A stretch of 64,000 nucleotides of DNA from Phyllosticta citribraziliensis (taxonomy: Eukaryota). This document shows, in pieces, positions 60,230 through 64,000 of the stretch. Below the pieces are notes generated by a model, which was not told the origin of the DNA, made no database searches, and was given only the letters and a program-made list of their open reading frames with translations. The translations under genes were made by a program, and so were the position numbers. The stretch is from contig NW_027117340.1 of the NCBI RefSeq assembly GCF_038025025.1, forward strand, positions 1,984,001 through 2,048,000. Direction: 5' to 3'. How positions within the stretch are numbered: the stretch's first letter is position 1; every line of letters begins with the position of its first letter.

Positions 60230-61706
60230 GTTTGTTGGTCTTGTGGGGGTTGTGTGGTGTGGTATGGTTTGTGGGTGATATCAGATCAGATCAAATCAGA
60301 TGTTGTGATTGTGGACGAGGTGATATGTTGTTGGTCGTTTCTCTGAACGTGGATTGGTAGGGTTGAGAGCTGCAGTGGACAAGGCTGACACTGGTGTGGT
60401 TTGCCTTTGGAGGATGGAATTTTGTGTGTTTGTGTGGTGGCGCGGAGTCTGGTGGTAGGTATTAGAGGTCAAGACTGGCGGATGTCTGGATGAATGGCAA
60501 AGGTGCGTGAATTTGGTAGTGGTTGTAGGAATAGTGCTTTTGAGGTTTGAAGTCGTCAATATAGAAACACAAAATCCATCCTTCATCGGGCGGCACCTGT
60601 CAATAAGTATCTAGCAGCGGGGAGCAATCACACTATGGATCGGAATGGTGGTGTGCCACAAGCGGGAATGGGCGATTGCGCACATGTGTGAGAGGGTGTG
60701 GGGTGGAGAGAGCGCAATCCTGGCCTGACATGGCATTGCAGCAGCGTGGCGACTGAGGTCCAGCTTCAGATCGCCGGAACGGGCAGCACGTCAGAGGGGC
60801 AAAAAAGGGTCGACATGGCAGTGACGAAGCGATCAGGACACGCTCACGCAGCCTCTGAGCGAACCCCTCCCCTCGCATCACCCCACTCAGATCATGCTCA
60901 CCCGATCCGGCTGCGGTCGCGCCATCCACCTCCCAACTCCCGAAACGGTTGCACAGGCACGAGCCCTCCCTTGTGAAGCGCATGCTTGGCCTAGATTCGT
61001 CTGCTTTTCTGCTTTGTTTCTGCGATGGTCATGAACGCCTAGCCGGTCGTTGAGCAATCCCGCCCTACCTTTCACCCGGTTGTCGAGGCCCCAACCTGCA
61101 ATCCGTACCGGACACCATGATGCCGACGAGACCGAGATTCCGACAGAGTAGCTGTCAGGTTGTTGGCGAGTTGCAGACTGATCTTCTGCTGGTCGGCTAA
61201 CGTCGTGTGAAGCAGGGCCGGATCATGGCGACACCTCGGGGGTCCGCCATTGGGCCAAGCTGCGGTACCGGTGGGGATGCGTATACTGATGGTATAGCAA
61301 GCTGTGATTTTATTCGCCGTCTCGCCCTATCTTTCTGCGCGGATGAGTTGCAGATAGATGGACTCGCTTCTTATCTGCTGCAGTCAAGGTGGAAAGATGA
61401 TGCACGCAAAACAAGGAAAAACAGTGCAATAATGCTTGCTCCCTTTGTCCATCCATCTATGCAATGCGCCAAAGTAGACCACATTTGCGTATGCGGCGAA
61501 GCAACCCGTTTCGAGTATAACGAAGTTGTTTAATGTCTCGACTCTGGCTCCGTCGCCATCGTCAAAGGCTAGAAAACCCGATCCTAACAAGATGCAAACC
61601 AAGGAAAATGTGCGACTTCCACTTCAATCACGTGCATTCGAGGGCCGAGGACGGAGATGCCATGTCTTATTCTCCTACATCCAACATACTGCCGAGGGCA
61701 GCTCGA

Positions 61707-62839
61707 TTAGGCCTGGCCAAGCTTCCTGCGCAAGTTTCTCGTCTTCTTCATGAGCTTCTTGTACTTGTGCTTCTTCATCTTCAACTTCCTTTGACGCTTG
61801 ACGCTGATGGCGTGCATGGTGGGGCGCCCAGCGTGCTCGGCGCGTTCCCTGAGGAACTCGAGCCACTGATGTTCGCGAATCTCCATGCGCTCGAGGAATG
61901 GCTGCCGGATGTGAACAGCCTCGTCAGCTTCCGGCTCCTCGATGGTCGCTCCGTTGTTCGTCGGTACGCGGACGGCGGGCGAAGTGGTGGCGGAAAAGGT
62001 CTTTTCGCCAGTCGCATCTGTCGTCTCGGTGACAGTGATGGTGGCCTTCCATACCTTCTTTTCGGGCTTTTGGCGGGTCGTGGGGGATGCGGCATCGGCC
62101 TCGGCGGTGGCGGCGGCTCCTTTCGATGCGTTTTGGGTCCTGGTCTGCGGAGCAGGTGGTGGCGGTGGGTTGAATGGTCGCATCTGAGCCAGGGCCTCGT
62201 TCAGAGAAAACTGACGTTGGCCATCAAGGTGATGGACGACTCCGTCGCTCTCTGCCGAGTTTTGCAGAATCTCCGCCCTGAGCTCCGTCTCCTCCGACTC
62301 TTGTGATGCGCCTTCCAGCGATTTGACGACGTTGCCCAAGGTATAAATGGTTTGTCCGTACTTGGACGCGTTGCTCGGTTTTCGAGATTCGAAAATGGCG
62401 TTGAAGGATGATTCGGAGGCGGTCGTGGGTATCAAGGTGGTGACGGACATGGGGCGGTGGACGGAGAAGAAGGAGGAAAGAGCAACGTCTTTAAATCATC
62501 AGCTCTGTAGCCGTCTTTGCTTTATTCGAACTCACCATTTTCCTTGAGGTAGTTGGTCGGAGGGACGTGGGGCACATTCATCTTCTTGCTCCTTCCCCGG
62601 GGGGCAGCCTTCTTCTCCGTCTGCTTGGATGGCTGCGTCTGCGACGCACCTGGCCCTCTTGAGTTGTCCGGTGGGCATGATGTACTCGAGTTGCGGCGCT
62701 GCTGATTGCGACGCGCGAGGAGGTGGTTTGCGGCAGCTAAGGCACTGGCTGGACGGGAGCTAATGGCGCACGATGGGGAGGAGGTGGTGGAAAGCGAAGA
62801 TGCCGTGCGGGCCACACGACTCATGGAGGTTGTAAACAT
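61707..62839 (-). CDS. COX24: Mitochondrial mS38/Cox24-family protein (DUF1713), 2 exons
   Basis: Presequence-like N-terminus, PHVPPT, LSSFFSVHRPMS, and C-terminal AISVKRQRKLKMKKHKYKKLMKKTRNLRRK. Confidence 0.88.
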
Positions 62840-63357
62840 GTTTGATCGGCTTGAACAGCCTGCGCGACGGTCAAGCAAGCTGGAGGTGAACGAGTGTCGT
62901 GTCAGAGGCCATGGACGGGATGCGCCAGCAGATGGCGACAAGAGTCGGGCCAGTCCGGAGAGGCGCCGATCACGTGCGCAGTTGGGGAGGGACCCGACCC
63001 GACCCTTCCGGTAGCCGGTCACGCTGCAGTTCCGGTTTCTTCGACTTTGACAAAACCAAGTCGCCATCTTCGTGCGCAATAAGTAGAATAGTCTTTGGCA
63101 AGTTCCATATATCAACAATCGCCTCTGTGAATACATTGAGCCATCAATCGTCCCTACTTTGTGTATTAGGAAAAGGGCGCTATGCAGCGAGGCGCCTGCA
63201 ATGTTGCTGAAGCAAAAAACAGAAACATTTCCCAGCAACACCAAACCGAGGTATCCTTCAAATGCAGCCAAGTGGTTGAACGAGAAAAGTCAAAGGGACG
63301 TAAACGCCCTGAACAAAGCAAGAAATGAAGCCTCCCAGAACCAGCTATCGCCAACTT

Positions 63358-64000
63358 TTACAATATTAACGCGTTGAGGTTGCGCTGGACAATCATGTCT
63401 TGCACAGAAGCCATCGTCTTCTTGAGCAAGTCCGTGTCCGTTGCCGTCGTGTAATGGACGTAGAGCTCCTTCTTGGGTGCTCTCACGAGGTTCCTAAACT
63501 TGTTTGCAAAGAATTCTTGCGCCGCCTCAATGTCGTTGGGCTTGCCGTAGTAGTCGGGGAAATGTTTGTTGATTGGCGAGCTGCCCGTAAGCAGCTTCTC
63601 GCGGAAGAGGTCGACCTTGTTGAGGAAGAGGATTAGGGCGGCCTTTTCAAAGTATTTGGAGTTGGCGATCGACTCGAAGAGCATGAGCGCTTCGTGCATT
63701 TGGTTCTGTCAAGGGGGTCAGCAACAGCTCAAGGCAACCAGAATTTCGACCAAACGCACCCCATTCCTGTCTTCGACCAGCACATGGTCGTAACCGCTAA
63801 TGGCTACGAGGAACAAGACGACCTGCACATTGTCGAAGACGTGTATCCACTTCTTCCGCTCCGATCGCTGGCCGCCTACGTCGAACATGCGGTATGTGAG
63901 GTTTCCCAGGTCGAAGACGGTCTCGCTGATTCCGGTGGTTCGTAACCTCGTTCGCAAAATGTCTTGGTCGGTGGGGAGGTAATCTTTGGTGAAGAGGCGG
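63358..64000 (-). CDS. Heterotrimeric G-protein alpha subunit, group II (GNA-2-like); 5' part lies outside the window
   Basis: [36 protein letters not shown], ends QRNLNALIL; intron about 63708-63759. Confidence 0.93.

Noticed and set aside
1..64000. Transposons, RIP-degraded AT-rich blocks, tRNA/rRNA genes, telomeric arrays, secondary-metabolite cluster
   Set aside because: No transposase, RT, PKS or NRPS motifs, AT-rich blocks, tRNA-like folds or TTAGGG arrays were seen by eye. tRNAscan-SE, Infernal and RepeatMasker would be needed to exclude them formally.

Overview
A gene-dense, intron-containing euchromatic window from a filamentous ascomycete (Pezizomycotina). Introns are short GT-AG with CTRAC branch points. 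I can support about 29 coding genes. Housekeeping genes include ERG2, IMP1, PEX4, RRP46, PHB1, QCR8, CSL4, glyoxalase II, a Pex24-family peroxin, a Pom1-like DYRK kinase, IDO/BNA2, MBP1, a Ctr copper transporter, COX24/mS38 and a partial group II G-alpha. Others are phospholipase B, JMJD7, glutaminase A, an ADGF-type adenosine deaminase, an Smr protein, a GNAT, a BRCT+WGR-like protein and several hypotheticals. I found no tRNA, rRNA, CRISPR array or transposon by eye. The most notable non-routine signals are: (i) a multi-lesion GFA/Mss4-like pseudogene that the ORF track only shows as a fragment; (ii) an esterase lacking its catalytic serine; (iii) two degenerate upstream repeat arrays (16.7 kb and 31.2-31.8 kb) that share a TGAAYGCT(T)CC core, the larger carrying three MCB boxes and followed by a duplicated core promoter; (iv) a hidden mitochondrial-presequence exon on glyoxalase II; (v) a CaaX-tailed Smr protein with a Q/H-rich region. 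Exon boundaries were read manually and family calls come from motif recognition, not database searches. No clearly new multi-gene system is demonstrated.
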